From an uncultured Gammaproteobacteria bacterium (lineage in GTDB: Bacteria > Patescibacteriota > Patescibacteriia > Patescibacteriales > GWE2-39-37), in contig CAYUCS010000002.1 in NCBI GenBank assembly GCA_964443495.1, forward strand, positions 324,021 to 388,020: 64,000 nucleotides of DNA, given 5' to 3'. The first letter of the stretch is position 1. Every line of letters starts with the position of its first letter. Below are positions 63,799 to 64,000 of the stretch, piece after piece. The notes beneath the pieces are model-generated. The model made no database searches, was not told the origin of the DNA, and worked only from the letters and a program-made list of their open reading frames with translations. The position numbers and the translations under genes were made by a program.

Positions 63799-64000
63799 AT
63801 GAACACCAGAGCTCCGATCATCCAACAGCATGAGCTGACCAGCAAATGCAACAACAACTGCCGTTTCTGCTACAACCCGGAACGGTGCTGGCAATCGATC
63901 GCCGCGCCCAGGAATGAAGACAGCGAGCGAAACCTTGAAGTGGCCCGGCTCTCAGTTGCCAAAGGCGTGATGGCCGCCTGTCCGACCGGCGGAGAACCGC
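63799..64000 (+). CDS. second radical SAM enzyme (5' part only, truncated by the window end)
   Basis: MNTRAPIIQQHELTSKCNNNCRFCYN (CxxxCxxC) and TGGEP. It is preceded by the same ggaggaagccATG initiation context as the first radical SAM gene. Confidence 0.7.
   Translation, partial: MNTRAPIIQQHELTSKCNNNCRFCYNPERCWQSIAAPRNEDSERNLEVARLSVAKGVMAACPTGGEP

Noticed and set aside
1-64000. Search for CRISPR arrays, rRNA genes, transposases/integrases, reverse transcriptases (DGR, retron) and recoded stop codons.
   Set aside because: No regularly spaced direct repeats were seen, and no rRNA-like conserved stretches. No DDE, tyrosine or serine recombinase motifs or RT motifs appear among the ORFs. Long uninterrupted ORFs ending in all three stop codons indicate the standard bacterial code.

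Overview
Densely coded 64-kb window of a moderate-GC bacterial chromosome. I support about 70 CDS, one tRNA-Ala(UGC), and many clear rho-independent terminators and sigma-70-type promoters. I saw no rRNA, CRISPR array, transposase, integrase or prophage block. Recognisable core genes are uvrA, ruvB, queA, hup, rmuC, rdgB, pgeF, a class A PBP and an MgtA-type P-type ATPase. Others are a PilB/GspE ATPase, an M16 peptidase, a LysM-M23 peptidase and a UvrD-type helicase fused to a Cas4/AddB-like Fe-S nuclease. Two ECF sigma/anti-sigma pairs are present, one heading a MacAB-like efflux operon. The many small secreted or membrane hypotheticals, an orphan pilB and sparse metabolism suggest an uncultivated small-genome lineage (Patescibacteria/CPR-like). 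That lineage call is inference only. The most unusual content is a minus-strand operon at 37391-43705 with three paralogous proteins ending in a PEP-utilizer phosphohistidine swivel domain. Only one of them has an ATP-grasp, none has the PEP/pyruvate TIM barrel, and one is fused to an XRE-type HTH. The operon also holds an HD hydrolase and a small unknown protein, and it is transcribed divergently from a histidine-phosphatase gene across a perfect palindromic operator. Secondary points are a very AT-rich divergent control region with a 53-bp perfect palindrome, an in-frame palindromic element inside the helicase gene, and a rod-like structured intergenic element with its own terminator. Tandem radical-SAM genes are cut by the window edge, and an orphan sigma-54-type activator has duplicated HTHs. 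All functional calls rest on motifs read by eye. No database search was run.
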